Shown here: positions 17,811-28,108 of the stretch, piece after piece
Position numbering within the stretch: position 1 is the stretch's first letter
Layout: the number at the start of each line of letters is the position of its first letter
Virus record (IMG/VR): IMGVR_UViG_3300032304_001168
DNA length: 64,000 bases
Reading direction: 5' to 3' (one strand)
From: a virus
Notes under the pieces: generated by a model
What the model was told of the DNA's origin: nothing
Seen by the model: only the letters and a program-made list of their open reading frames with translations
The model's database searches: none
Position numbers and translations under genes: made by a program

Positions 17811-17842
17811 CAAAATTACAAACTACTTTTCTAATTTCCAAA
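17811..17842 (-). promoter_or_regulatory. Bacteroidota sigma70-type promoter (duplicate of the 17289 module)
   Basis: TTTG-N20-TAATTTTG; shares its downstream leader with 17264-17297. Confidence 0.75.
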
Positions 17843-17843
17843 T

Positions 17844-18122
17844 TTAATTCAAAGAAATTAATCCAAATTTTGTTTGTTGGAATACCCCATTGGTTAAAGC
17901 AATTTTGACATCACCCTTCTTGAGCTTAACGACAATGTCAATCAGTTGTTTTTGTGATAATGTTATCTCATCACCATTATTATGGTTCTTATAACATTGT
18001 TCTTTTACCTTCTCATAAAAAACTTCTTTGAGGGTATCTCCAATTAACTCAAGCAGTTCATTTGGATTATTCTCAAAGAAGTTTATAAAGTTCTTAATGT
18101 ATATTTCAACATCGATGTTCAT
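17844..18122 (-). CDS. hypothetical protein
   Basis: 92 aa ORF. Confidence 0.6.
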   Translation of the reverse strand: MNIDVEIYIKNFINFFENNPNELLELIGDTLKEVFYEKVKEQCYKNHNNGDEITLSQKQLIDIVVKLKKGDVKIALTNGVFQQTKFGLISLN

Positions 18123-18129
18123 AATTATA

Positions 18130-19845
18130 TTATTTTGGTGTCCAAAAATTGGGTTCTTCTATGTTTCCATTATCATCCCTATCTAATTCAAAATATTCTA
18201 AGAATGTACGAAGCCACATTGGTGCTCCACTACCATATTTAGCATCATACATTTTATTCAATTTATTTAACTCGTTTTCTAATTTAGATATACTTTCAGT
18301 TCGATTGTATTGTCTTCCAAATTCTAACTCTTTTTTAGTTTTATCAATCATTTCAGTCAAATCTTGTCCAAAATCAATCATACTACCTTTAAGATTTATA
18401 AATGTTATATTACATTTTTCAAAACCAATTGGTAACTTTTCTAAACTAGGATTATCAATTATTGAAACAAATTTAAGTCTTAAAAGTTGTGAAAAATCAT
18501 TAGGTAAAGATTTGGCAATATTTTTAATATTAAGACTCTGTAAATTTGTTAAATTTAATAGTTCATTAGGAATATCTACAAATAAATTTTCTTTAGTGTC
18601 GTTTTGTATCATTAATATAGTACAATCTTTTGGAACTTTCAGTATTTCTTCCTTAATTTTTTCATTTGGATTATCTTCTTCTAATCCTTCTTTACCATAA
18701 ACCTTAATATATTCACTTGTTGCACCAGGATTTGGATTATTTAATTTTATAACAATTTCACGCGGTAATTTACCCGGACTAGTACTAAAACTAGATGAAC
18801 CAACACCTTTTTTAAATTCATCTTTAAAAAATTCTTTAAACTCGGAAAACTTACCATTAGCTAACTCCTCAACAAAATTTAATATGTTACCATTTAATCT
18901 GTCTTTATATTGTCTATAATTACCGAAATGTATTTGATAACGTTCTTTAGGTAATTTACTTTTTATACCAACTTGTCCTTTGTCATCATTAGCCAAAATA
19001 ATATAAAGAGGAGCTTGTTGAATATAATTTCTAAAGTTGTGTGAGTTTTCTGGTGAAGTACACCAATTCGTTTCATTTGAACTAGGATTGGAAGATCCTA
19101 AATGATATCCACCAAAATGTGATGCTGCTTTTTGACCCAATTCACCCCCAGCAGGAATTCTAACCAATGTATAATTACCACCAACTTTTAATATCTCAGA
19201 GCCAGGATAAGAGAATCTAACTCTTGGTGAATCTGGTGACGCGTTCTCTTCTTTGTCAAAAGCTTTACTTACCAATTTACCTTCAAATTCTCTCAATGGA
19301 ACAGTTTCACCCCCAGCCGTTGCTCTTACTGGTAAATTCATTAATTCCTGAATACCTTTGATATTCATTATATTTCTCTTATCTTCCGTTACTCTTTTTT
19401 GGAATTTATGAAATTTAGCTAATAACCCTTTAATCATATCCTCATCTTCAAAAATTTCGTTTTGATAATGTTTGAATGATTCATCATATTCTGGAGTACC
19501 TTTTTCGTAATCACTAACAAAGTCACTAGGTTTTAAAAATGTTCTTAACAACCAATTAACATATTGTCCGGTTATAACATCTTTAAAATCTTCCTTTATT
19601 TTATCAGTATCTTTTGGAACACGTTTACCATCTTTATTTTTTGTCATACCAGCATTATCCCAATCAAAACCTGCTGGTATAACAGTAGTTGGGTCTATTT
19701 TCATTAATTTTTTTAAATCAGTTAAACTAATGTTTACTTGTTTTCCAGTTGATGGTTTCCCACTAACATTAACCGCATTGTCAAGTATGAATTCAAGACG
19801 TTTATCTTCTTGAATTAACTTTTTTAAAATGTATCTAAACTTCAT
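18130..19845 (-). CDS. leucine-rich-repeat protein with head-type leader
   Basis: IPNELLNLTNLQSLNI, LPNDFSQLLRLKFVSI, LEKLP LRRs; NWCTS motif; TATTTATA upstream. Confidence 0.65.
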   Translation of the reverse strand: MKFRYILKKLIQEDKRLEFILDNAVNVSGKPSTGKQVNISLTDLKKLMKIDPTTVIPAGFDWDNAGMTKNKDGKRVPKDTDKIKEDFKDVITGQYVNWLLRTFLKPSDFVSDYEKGTPEYDESFKHYQNEIFEDEDMIKGLLAKFHKFQKRVTEDKRNIMNIKGIQELMNLPVRATAGGETVPLREFEGKLVSKAFDKEENASPDSPRVRFSYPGSEILKVGGNYTLVRIPAGGELGQKAASHFGGYHLGSSNPSSNETNWCTSPENSHNFRNYIQQAPLYIILANDDKGQVGIKSKLPKERYQIHFGNYRQYKDRLNGNILNFVEELANGKFSEFKEFFKDEFKKGVGSSSFSTSPGKLPREIVIKLNNPNPGATSEYIKVYGKEGLEEDNPNEKIKEEILKVPKDCTILMIQNDTKENLFVDIPNELLNLTNLQSLNIKNIAKSLPNDFSQLLRLKFVSIIDNPSLEKLPIGFEKCNITFINLKGSMIDFGQDLTEMIDKTKKELEFGRQYNRTESISKLENELNKLNKMYDAKYGSGAPMWLRTFLEYFELDRDDNGNIEEPNFWTPK

Positions 19846-19936
19846 TTTTTTTACTATAAATATATCGTGAATATAAAAAGATTATAATTATATTCTTTAT
19901 TAATCTATGGTATTTAGTATTTTTTAATTAAAAATT

Positions 19937-20083
19937 ATGTCACAAGAAAAAAAATGCAATACATGTAAGAAGGGTTTAAGCGTAACTCACATTGGTTTAG
20001 TATCTTTATCTTTTCTTATTTTGGGTACTTCAATATATGGAACTATAATTCTTATTAAGAATTTAGTTTCTATGTTCTGGTAA
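19937..20083 (+). CDS. small membrane protein with CxxC (48 aa, not in ORF track)
   Basis: [41 protein letters not shown]... Confidence 0.55.
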   Translation: MSQEKKCNTCKKGLSVTHIGLVSLSFLILGTSIYGTIILIKNLVSMFW

Positions 20084-21005
20084 ACTTTACGTGTAGATTA
20101 ATTATTAAATCACCATATTCAAATGAATGTTCTTCAGTAGATTTGTATCCCCTTTTTTTAACTCTTAAAGGTTTTGTTGTATCAATTTCATTTGGTAATT
20201 TAATTGATATTGTTCCATTTGGGTGGGGGATATCTAAACTATCCATTTGTATTTGTTCCAAATTCATATATGCGTGATATACCAAATCATTTTCTCTTTT
20301 CTCAAAATTCTTTTCAGGGATAACATATAATCTTATAATCAAATTACCATAACTATTGATATAATAATCTCCATGGTTTTGAAGTCTCATAAATTGACCA
20401 TCCCCAATTCCACGAGGTATTTTAATTTTAACCGAATCTTTCTTTGTTATAGTTGTTGAACCCTTACAAGTTTGACATACTTTGGTATAAAGTTCACCAC
20501 TACCTCTACAAGTGTTACAAGGTTGTCTTACCACTTGTTGAAAGAAACCTGAACCCATAGTTATAGTATGAAATCCAGCCCCATTACAACCATGACATCT
20601 AATTTTTTCACCACCTTTACCATTACAAGGTTCACATTTAATTTTTCTGTCAAAATTAATTGTTTTTTCAACACCTAAGTATGATTCAATAGCCCCGATT
20701 TCCAAATTTATTACTTTTTCTGGAGCACTTGTTTTTCTTTGTTGATGAAATCCTCCATTAAAGAACTCTTCAAACATACTACCCATTCCACCCATATTAC
20801 CAAATGGATTTTTTCTTTGGTTGTCGTATTGAGTTCTTTTACTTTCATCACCCAAGGTATCATAAGCTTCAGATATTTTTTTGAATTTCTCTTCATCCCC
20901 ACCTTTGTCTGGATGATGTTCTAAGGCTAATTGTCTATAAACTTTTTTAAGTTCATCTTGTGTTACGTTTTCACTTACTCCTAGTATTTCGTAATAGTTT
21001 TCCAT
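20070..21005 (-). CDS. dnaJ: DnaJ chaperone
   Basis: J-domain HPD, four CxxCxGxG repeats, C-terminal domain. Confidence 0.93.
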   Translation of the reverse strand: MENYYEILGVSENVTQDELKKVYRQLALEHHPDKGGDEEKFKKISEAYDTLGDESKRTQYDNQRKNPFGNMGGMGSMFEEFFNGGFHQQRKTSAPEKVINLEIGAIESYLGVEKTINFDRKIKCEPCNGKGGEKIRCHGCNGAGFHTITMGSGFFQQVVRQPCNTCRGSGELYTKVCQTCKGSTTITKKDSVKIKIPRGIGDGQFMRLQNHGDYYINSYGNLIIRLYVIPEKNFEKRENDLVYHAYMNLEQIQMDSLDIPHPNGTISIKLPNEIDTTKPLRVKKRGYKSTEEHSFEYGDLIINLHVKFTRT

Positions 21006-21039
21006 TTACTTATTATATTTAAGTGTATAATTTTTAATT

Positions 21040-21681
21040 ATGAATTATATTGTAGTTCTTTTCAAAGATAAGAAAAAGAAAAAAATAATCAACAAGTTTA
21101 AAACTGAGAAAAAAGCAATCGATTTTTATAAAAAGTTGATTGCTGAGAGTGATAACGTAATTTTTGAAAAAAAGACTGAGAATGGTGTTGAATGTTCATA
21201 TGAGTTGGGATTACTAAGAAAGAAAACTAAGAACCAACAACCATTGTATATTAAAGATGATTTGGGGAGGCAAATAAAAGTTGAATTGGAAGATGATGAG
21301 TATGAAATAAATAAAATTAAATCATACAATCTTGATGAAACATTTGTTGATTATTCAACAAAACAAAAAATATCAACTAATCAATTTATTAAAAAATATC
21401 TAAAAAAACCTGGTATAAAAATGTTATCCAAGTTAAATAATAAAGTTGTTCTTCAGAATCAAGATTATATAAATTTATTCACATTTAAATCTATCGATGA
21501 TTCAAATAGGTTTATAGACTCTTTACAAGAAAATTTAGATAAAGGAATAAAAAATGGTTGTATCTTCGTTAAAGATTATACAACCATTCATAGAAAATAT
21601 CTTTATAAGATATTAATCGAATATGGATATCCTATTAATTACCTTCAGAGACATTTAACAGCTCATCCTTCAAAAAAATAA
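21040..21681 (+). CDS. hypothetical protein
   Basis: 213 aa ORF. Confidence 0.6.
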   Translation: MNYIVVLFKDKKKKKIINKFKTEKKAIDFYKKLIAESDNVIFEKKTENGVECSYELGLLRKKTKNQQPLYIKDDLGRQIKVELEDDEYEINKIKSYNLDETFVDYSTKQKISTNQFIKKYLKKPGIKMLSKLNNKVVLQNQDYINLFTFKSIDDSNRFIDSLQENLDKGIKNGCIFVKDYTTIHRKYLYKILIEYGYPINYLQRHLTAHPSKK

Positions 21682-21880
21682 ATTCAATCCCAGATATATC
21701 AATTTTGAATTGATTCATATTTCCAAAATTATCTACTTGAAGTTTAGTGTTATTAAAATCAGTTTCATTTAATGAAAAAACTACTACAGACTTTCCATTT
21801 GGAAAAACTGTGCTTAAATCATCAGATATTTGAGCTAATTTTTGCATCAACCCATTAACACCTTCTTTAGTCTTTGCCAT
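21635..21880 (-). CDS. hypothetical protein
   Basis: coupled operon. Confidence 0.55.
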   Translation of the reverse strand: MAKTKEGVNGLMQKLAQISDDLSTVFPNGKSVVVFSLNETDFNNTKLQVDNFGNMNQFKIDISGIEFIFLKDELLNVSEGN

Positions 21881-22041
21881 ATTGATAATGGTTTTTGTTT
21901 TTTTGGAATTAAATCTTCCTTTTTATGTTTTTTTATATTTTCAATCAACAATTTTTTTTGTTGTTCTAATTCAAGGTTATCCCTTTGTTTCTCCTTGTTC
22001 AACCATTCTATTTGTCTCGGATTCTCCATCATCTTCTTCAA
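21847..22041 (-). CDS. hypothetical protein
   Basis: coupled operon. Confidence 0.55.
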   Translation of the reverse strand: MKKMMENPRQIEWLNKEKQRDNLELEQQKKLLIENIKKHKKEDLIPKKQKPLSIWQRLKKVLMG

Positions 22042-22429
22042 ATTTTATTTTTTTTGTTATTGGTTCTGAAATTTCAAATGATAAACTTTTCAATTTTTCA
22101 AGTCCTTGTTTTTCAAAAATCTTTTTTAGTTCATCAACTTTTAATTCAAATAATTTTTCTTTTTCCTCCCGATCCAAATTGTATCTAATAATGTTCTTAA
22201 TATTATTATAGACTCTTTCAGTATCTTCTTCAGTTATTTCACAAACATATGAAAATAATCTTTCATTGTTATTTTGTGATTGTTGTTCAACAATTTTATT
22301 TTCATCAACATATTTCTTAGGTAATTTCCAAGTTGTTGGGAAACTTATATCAAATGATAAATAATTTTTTATTTTCCTAACTGACTGTAAATATGGAAAT
22401 AATGTTGAAAATTCTTTATATAAACTCAT
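21977..22429 (-). CDS. hypothetical protein
   Basis: 150 aa, coupled operon. Confidence 0.6.
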   Translation of the reverse strand: MSLYKEFSTLFPYLQSVRKIKNYLSFDISFPTTWKLPKKYVDENKIVEQQSQNNNERLFSYVCEITEEDTERVYNNIKNIIRYNLDREEKEKLFELKVDELKKIFEKQGLEKLKSLSFEISEPITKKIKFEEDDGESETNRMVEQGETKG

Positions 22430-22614
22430 AATTTTATTAGATATGTTATAATATATGAAATGGTAAACCCTAAAAATAATAACTCTCTATTGTTTAAAAT
22501 TAACCTTTGTGGTGGATTTTGGAATAGAGAGCTAATAAACCTTACACAAATTCTAACTATTGTTAGAATTGAGAAGATAAATACGAACAAAAATAAACTA
22601 TCTAAACTAAACAT
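22426..22614 (-). CDS. small two-TM membrane protein
   Basis: two hydrophobic segments. Confidence 0.55.
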   Translation of the reverse strand: MFSLDSLFLFVFIFSILTIVRICVRFISSLFQNPPQRLILNNRELLFLGFTISYIITYLIKL

Positions 22615-22789
22615 TTCCTGGTTTATTTCTTTCTTTCAAAATTTCATTTCTAAGGTTTTGTAACTCATTTTTTAATTCTTGAGCTAATTTTCTTGCTCTA
22701 GTTCCCGCACTATTATTCCCTTTGAAAAATTTTGTAGTGTCTAATGATAGTTCTTCAGTTAAGATTTTGATTTTTTCTAGTGTATCCAT
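22607..22789 (-). CDS. histone H1-like Hc1 family protein
   Basis: KFFKGNNSAGTRARKLAQELK motif. Confidence 0.8.
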   Translation of the reverse strand: MDTLEKIKILTEELSLDTTKFFKGNNSAGTRARKLAQELKNELQNLRNEILKERNKPGNV

Positions 22790-22846
22790 TTGTTTATTTT
22801 TTTTATAAGTTTAATTTTATTTTTATTGATTGTAAATAGATTAACA

Positions 22847-23314
22847 TTAAATGGACATATTCTTATCCAAGTTTTTATAAATTAATTGTAAAACATCCAA
22901 ATCCGATTTAGAATAGGGTTTATCCATATCAAATAAATCATTAAAGAAGATATTAATAGATGATTTGATTTTATTATCTTTTTGGTTATAAAAGATATCA
23001 TTATAAAACGTTTTGAAATACGTAATATGGTCTCCTTTGTTTTTGAAAAAAAACCCTTCTTTACCAAAATTATCAATTGTTTTATTTAAACACCATTCGA
23101 AATGTTTGATGTTATCATCATCAGTTAAAACTACTTTCGTTTCATTGCTTTGACCTATTTCACCCAAGTATGTTTCAAAAATTAATAAATTCAAAGACTG
23201 ACAAAAATCAGAAAATAATTCCATTTTTTCAGGTATAATGTTATTAATCTTAAACCATATTTCCACGTCTTCAGGTGGTAAAGGTTTTGTTATGTAATTA
23301 AAAAAATTCTCCAT
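22847..23314 (-). CDS. hypothetical protein
   Basis: 155 aa ORF. Confidence 0.6.
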   Translation of the reverse strand: MENFFNYITKPLPPEDVEIWFKINNIIPEKMELFSDFCQSLNLLIFETYLGEIGQSNETKVVLTDDDNIKHFEWCLNKTIDNFGKEGFFFKNKGDHITYFKTFYNDIFYNQKDNKIKSSINIFFNDLFDMDKPYSKSDLDVLQLIYKNLDKNMSI

Positions 23315-23336
23315 AAGACATAAATCTTATGGAGAA
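23307..23336 (-). terminator. perfect 12-bp hairpin (terminator-like) overlapping the next start codon
   Basis: TTCTCCATAAGA-cataaa-TCTTATGGAGAA; T-rich tail on the minus strand. Confidence 0.5.
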
Positions 23337-23361
23337 TATAATAACAATATGAAAATAGTAA

Positions 23362-24885
23362 CTACTGAGTTTTTCTATTATAACCTAATAATTCTCTCAT
23401 TCTATTAAATTCTTCATTTAATATATTAACTTTTCTTTCATTCATTGTTTCTAATTTAAGATTCAATTTACCCTCATCATCTGTTGATGTTTCATTGAAA
23501 ACTGGTTGAGGTACTCTTTTGTATGATTGGTCTTTAATCTTTTTAAGAGTATTTTTCTTTCTCATTTTATTAAATCTTTCATTAGTCTCGGAATCTAAAG
23601 CATTTCCACCTGGGGCATTACCTGTTGTAGAATCTCCTTTGAAATATTTTTCCATTCTTTTTTCATCATAACCTATTTCATCAGGAATTGGGAATTGTTG
23701 TCCAGCTATTTCATAGTTAATATCTTCAAGTTCATCACTCATTTCAAAGGCCTTCTTAGTCATTTTTCCTAATTCGCCATTACCCTTTGGGAATGTTTTT
23801 GGATTCATATCAAATTTACCCTTAGAACCATCTTTTAAGTAATCTTTCATCTTAGTACCTAAAGACTTCATATATTCTTTATTTTCTTTTCCAGAATCCT
23901 TGTGAGCTTTTTCATATGTCGCTAATCCTACAGGTTTTCCCATTGATTTTAATTTTTCTTCTTTTACGATATGTTCAATCAAATCAATAACCTCATTCTC
24001 ATTTAGTTTGATAATGTCTCCTTGATTATCTAAAATATGATATTCAATTGATTCTTTAACAGGATATGTCTTTCCATCAACTTTGAATGTTTTCTTACCA
24101 GCTTTTTTAGCTTTAGCTAATTCTCCAGAAAATTCGTTACCTTCTTCCATTTCTTCCTCATCAACTTCGGATTTACGTTTTTTACTTTTATGTAAAAGTT
24201 TAAAATCTTCAGAGTCAATTCTGTTATTTTTGTTTTTATCTATCTTGAATTGTTTGCCAACCAATTTTTTACTTTCATTTAAAAAACTTTCTAACTCCTT
24301 AATTTTTTTAGTATCATTTTTTTCTTCTAAAGCGTCCATAGCTATACCACATTCATTTTTAGCATGATTCATTGAGACTTTATCTTTAGATTCTTTGGCA
24401 AGTTTCATTGATGATTTACATCCTTCTACTAAATTTTCTAATTCAAAAGGAGTTGTTTCTTCTTCCTCCTCAGTGTAATCAAATTCATTTTCACCATTTA
24501 AATCATATGTTGCACTTTCATACATACTTTTACTCCCACATTCCATACATTCACCTTCTCTCATTTCACCTGACCCACATTGTTCACACGTTTCACCTTC
24601 AAACATTAAATCCCTATCATCATCCTCATCCTCATCGTCATATCTACGTTTACGTTTACCTCCTAGTGTATAGTCTGAATATTTAATGATGTCTTCAATA
24701 TCATATTCTTCCCAATCTTTAGGATTGTAATCTAATGGGCCACCTTTAGTGAATTCATCATCCCCTCCGAGTTCATCTATCTCATATTTTCTAATTTTTT
24801 CTTTTAACATATGAGTTTTTTCATCTAGTGTTTCATTAAGAGTTCTTCTTAATAATTTTTTTAAATATAAGTCAGTATTTTTCAT
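23362..24885 (-). CDS. acidic/charged putative head-associated (core or scaffold-like) protein
   Basis: LRRTLNE leader, many (L/I/M)xE sites, C-terminal ILNEEFNRMRELLGY; TATTTATA upstream. Confidence 0.55.
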   Translation of the reverse strand: MKNTDLYLKKLLRRTLNETLDEKTHMLKEKIRKYEIDELGGDDEFTKGGPLDYNPKDWEEYDIEDIIKYSDYTLGGKRKRRYDDEDEDDDRDLMFEGETCEQCGSGEMREGECMECGSKSMYESATYDLNGENEFDYTEEEEETTPFELENLVEGCKSSMKLAKESKDKVSMNHAKNECGIAMDALEEKNDTKKIKELESFLNESKKLVGKQFKIDKNKNNRIDSEDFKLLHKSKKRKSEVDEEEMEEGNEFSGELAKAKKAGKKTFKVDGKTYPVKESIEYHILDNQGDIIKLNENEVIDLIEHIVKEEKLKSMGKPVGLATYEKAHKDSGKENKEYMKSLGTKMKDYLKDGSKGKFDMNPKTFPKGNGELGKMTKKAFEMSDELEDINYEIAGQQFPIPDEIGYDEKRMEKYFKGDSTTGNAPGGNALDSETNERFNKMRKKNTLKKIKDQSYKRVPQPVFNETSTDDEGKLNLKLETMNERKVNILNEEFNRMRELLGYNRKTQ

Positions 24886-24907
24886 TTTTTGTTTTTTTAT
24901 AAATATC

Positions 24908-25705
24908 TTATTTTTTATTACGAGACTCTAAAGTTATTAATTTCTTAATTAGTTTTTCATCAATATTGTGTTCTTTACTTAATTCTTTAATTATTTGTTC
25001 AGATTTTATTTTTTTATTTGGTTTAGTAATTTTAAGGGCATTAATATCACCTTGATTACAATATGGAAATGTTTTACATTTTTTCTTTACTTGAACAAAC
25101 GCCCCACCAGGTATTTGAGTTTTACTTTTACCTCTCCAATCTTTTTTACTAGTTGACTTAGCCCAAGCTGCTGGAGTTTCATATGACCCAGACGATGCTG
25201 ATAAAGTCCCTTCTTTGAATTCTCCTTTACTTGGTGTTTCTTTGAGACTATCACTAACAAATTTACTTGGTTTAAATCCTATAGGTGGTGAAAATCCGCC
25301 ACCAACAGCGCCTGAATCTGTCGCCTCTTTTGATTCAATTTTATTTGAATTTTTCTTTTTACCTTGACAATGGGCTTTTTGACTAAATCCTTTTGGATTA
25401 TTACAATCAATAGAGTCTTTGTATTTTTTACTCCATTTTTCTAATATTTGTTCTTTAGTTGTTGTAAACACTTTAGTTATTGGTTTATCCAATTTTCTTT
25501 TTTTATTTGATAAAATATTAGTAATATCACTTTTTTTAATTTTTCTTTTAATGATTTCTTCTTCTTTAGTTTCTTCTTTTTTTAGATTTGTCATTTCTTG
25601 GGAAATAGCAGTCATTGATTCTGGTTTTTGAAATGTTCCAAAATCAGAAAATGCTTTCATAATAATACTGTCTAAATTTTTATTTGTTTGTTCTATTATT
25701 TTCAT
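24908..25705 (-). CDS. hypothetical phage protein
   Basis: contains the EKWSKKYKDSIDCNNPKGFSQKAHC motif seen in large myophage proteins. Confidence 0.6.
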   Translation of the reverse strand: MKIIEQTNKNLDSIIMKAFSDFGTFQKPESMTAISQEMTNLKKEETKEEEIIKRKIKKSDITNILSNKKRKLDKPITKVFTTTKEQILEKWSKKYKDSIDCNNPKGFSQKAHCQGKKKNSNKIESKEATDSGAVGGGFSPPIGFKPSKFVSDSLKETPSKGEFKEGTLSASSGSYETPAAWAKSTSKKDWRGKSKTQIPGGAFVQVKKKCKTFPYCNQGDINALKITKPNKKIKSEQIIKELSKEHNIDEKLIKKLITLESRNKK

Positions 25706-25711
25706 AAAATA

Positions 25712-26362
25712 TTATTCTAGTTTTGTCTTTTTTCTCATTCCTAAAATTTTAGACCATTTAGATTTAAACTTTTCATAATACGTTTCTAATTTATTAGATA
25801 ATTCTCGAAACTCCTTATCAAGTTTAATCATCTTTCCCTCAATATATGTTCCACTATCTTCACCAACAGATAATTCAAAATCCAAATTAAAATCAATTAA
25901 TTTACCAGACCAAACAACATTGTTTTTATATATATTTAACGCATTAAAGTCAACCAAATCAGAAACTTCATTAACAAATTCTTCCATTGATTCTTGAAAC
26001 GCTATTTTTTCGTCTGTAGTTAACATAACATCTTTTTTATCCTTACCGTAAATATATAACGCACCATTAGAGATTTGATAACCTTGACTTATATCTTCTT
26101 TAGCTGGTCTAATTTTACTAGTTTTACCAATTTTAACTGTTTCGTATTCTTCATCATTATCTATATTATCTTCAATGGACTGTCCAATATCTATTTTATC
26201 TATTGGACTATTAGCGCCTAAATTCATTGATTGCATTTGTTGTTCATTTAATATACCATATTGTTTTTTTATCTCATTAGTTTCATATAATGAATTTCTA
26301 CTTGACAACATATCTCGTGATGCCTTTATCAAATTTTTAATTTCATCGTGTCTATTGCTCAT
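25712..26362 (-). CDS. hypothetical protein
   Basis: 216 aa, ILNE site. Confidence 0.6.
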   Translation of the reverse strand: MSNRHDEIKNLIKASRDMLSSRNSLYETNEIKKQYGILNEQQMQSMNLGANSPIDKIDIGQSIEDNIDNDEEYETVKIGKTSKIRPAKEDISQGYQISNGALYIYGKDKKDVMLTTDEKIAFQESMEEFVNEVSDLVDFNALNIYKNNVVWSGKLIDFNLDFELSVGEDSGTYIEGKMIKLDKEFRELSNKLETYYEKFKSKWSKILGMRKKTKLE

Positions 26363-26951
26363 TGTCTAATTTTTTTCTAAATTTTTCAAAATCAAAGGCC
26401 GGACTTAAATCCGTAATGTTCGAATCAAAATTACTTCTAGTAACTATCCCCTCAAACATTTCAACATTTCTAACCTTTGTATTATGACCTATTAAGTCTT
26501 TATTTATTCTTTTTTCTTTTGTTATTTTCCGACAAAGGATTGCTAAACTATTAATCTGTTCTTCTGTGTATTCATCCCAAAAAAAATAATCCCTCCATTT
26601 CCTTTCAAATACCTTACCTTTATAAATATCACCAATCCAATTAACATACTGATTTTCCAATGGTTGTTTTTCTAACCAACCCAAATTTTCTAAACAGATA
26701 ATAACCCCATTCCTATTGATATTTGGTTCTTTAAAATAATTTGTATGTTCAATATCATTCAATAATTGTAATACTACCCCATCTTTTTTAATTACATAAT
26801 TTGGAATTCTATCAAATTTACCATTGTATCTATAACGTAAAGAAACCAAATAATTCTCCACATTTCTTCCTGTATGTGTGAGAATTATTTGGTTCTTCTT
26901 CTTTTGTTTTCCCAAAGGTTTAAAGTCCCCATATTTGATTATGTCAATCAT
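26352..26951 (-). CDS. N-acetylmuramoyl-L-alanine amidase-like protein (Amidase_2 fold)
   Basis: IILTHT, NYVIKKDGVVLQL, ICLEN, YTEEQINSL, IGHN, SPAFDF. Confidence 0.7.
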   Translation of the reverse strand: MIDIIKYGDFKPLGKQKKKNQIILTHTGRNVENYLVSLRYRYNGKFDRIPNYVIKKDGVVLQLLNDIEHTNYFKEPNINRNGVIICLENLGWLEKQPLENQYVNWIGDIYKGKVFERKWRDYFFWDEYTEEQINSLAILCRKITKEKRINKDLIGHNTKVRNVEMFEGIVTRSNFDSNITDLSPAFDFEKFRKKLDNEQ

Positions 26952-27787
26952 AATCTATCTATTGAAACATTAGGTTTGGTGTATGTCAATTTTGATGGAC
27001 GTATAGATTTTGGTTGTTCTATTTTTGGTTCAAGAGGTATTGGGATTATTTCTTCTTCAACTTTTTCATTTTCAATTCTTTCCGACTCATTTAACACTAT
27101 TTCATCAATTTGTTGTTCTTGATTTGGTTCTAAAATTGATGGAATTGGTGATGTCTCACTCATTGGTTTTAATCCCTCTAATATTCCACTATTTCCCCAT
27201 TCATCTACTATTTCTTTTTTCTTTCTACCTCGTTTTGTTTTAGGTTTTTCTTCTTCTTTTTCCAAAGTTTCCAAATCCATCAGTGACACTATTTCCAAGT
27301 CTCTATCATTTTCAATAACTTTTTCAGATTTCTCATATTTTACAAAGAAATGTAAGGAAGTTAAAGATATAATTGGAAGTAATCCTCCACCCAATATTGC
27401 CAACCATCTTTTATGTGATATTATATCCGTTGGTTCTGTTCCAAATAATTCAAAGATTGGTGATGTAAGTTCAACCCAAGCAATAAATAATTCTCCATTT
27501 GGGTCAATCTCTTTATATGAATAGAATATATTCCCCACCATTTGAACGAATGTGACCAGTCCAAACATAAACCACACCCCACCTTTAATCTTCTGTGTGG
27601 CGGCAATCAGTGCTGTTATAGCCCCAATCTCAATTGCTATTGATAGATAAATCGCCCAACTGAATGGGTTTGTTATATCATACCACGCAACAACGTGAGA
27701 TATTGATATTCCCGCAACCAAAAAGATGGGTACAAGGAACATTGAACGAATGGGGTTGTCTTTAATCCAGGTTAGTAAGTTATTCAT
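26948..27787 (-). CDS. multi-pass membrane protein
   Basis: four N-terminal TM segments, charged tail. Confidence 0.6.
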   Translation of the reverse strand: MNNLLTWIKDNPIRSMFLVPIFLVAGISISHVVAWYDITNPFSWAIYLSIAIEIGAITALIAATQKIKGGVWFMFGLVTFVQMVGNIFYSYKEIDPNGELFIAWVELTSPIFELFGTEPTDIISHKRWLAILGGGLLPIISLTSLHFFVKYEKSEKVIENDRDLEIVSLMDLETLEKEEEKPKTKRGRKKKEIVDEWGNSGILEGLKPMSETSPIPSILEPNQEQQIDEIVLNESERIENEKVEEEIIPIPLEPKIEQPKSIRPSKLTYTKPNVSIDRL

Positions 27788-28074
27788 TATTTGTTTTCTA
27801 ATTCTTTACGAATCTCAGTTTGACGTTCTTTATCCATCATACGTCTATCAGTAGATTCAATCATTCTTAATTCAGTTTTCAATCCTTCAACTTTGATTTC
27901 TTTTTTCAAATCATTCTTCAATGTTTTGATTTCAGTTTTCAAACTATCAAATTGGTCACTTATTTTTTTCTCACTTCTTCGTTTACTCATACCACTAGAA
28001 CAAGTACTGGTTACGATTAAAACAACCAAAAGTATTAATCCATATTTTTCTATAAAATCCGTTACTTTTTTCAT
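27787..28074 (-). CDS. membrane-anchored coiled-coil protein (spanin- or lipoprotein-like)
   Basis: hydrophobic N-terminus, TSTC, coiled coil. Confidence 0.45.
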   Translation of the reverse strand: MKKVTDFIEKYGLILLVVLIVTSTCSSGMSKRRSEKKISDQFDSLKTEIKTLKNDLKKEIKVEGLKTELRMIESTDRRMMDKERQTEIRKELENK

Positions 28075-28108
28075 ATTCTTTATTTTATAAATATTAGTTT
28101 ATTATTTA

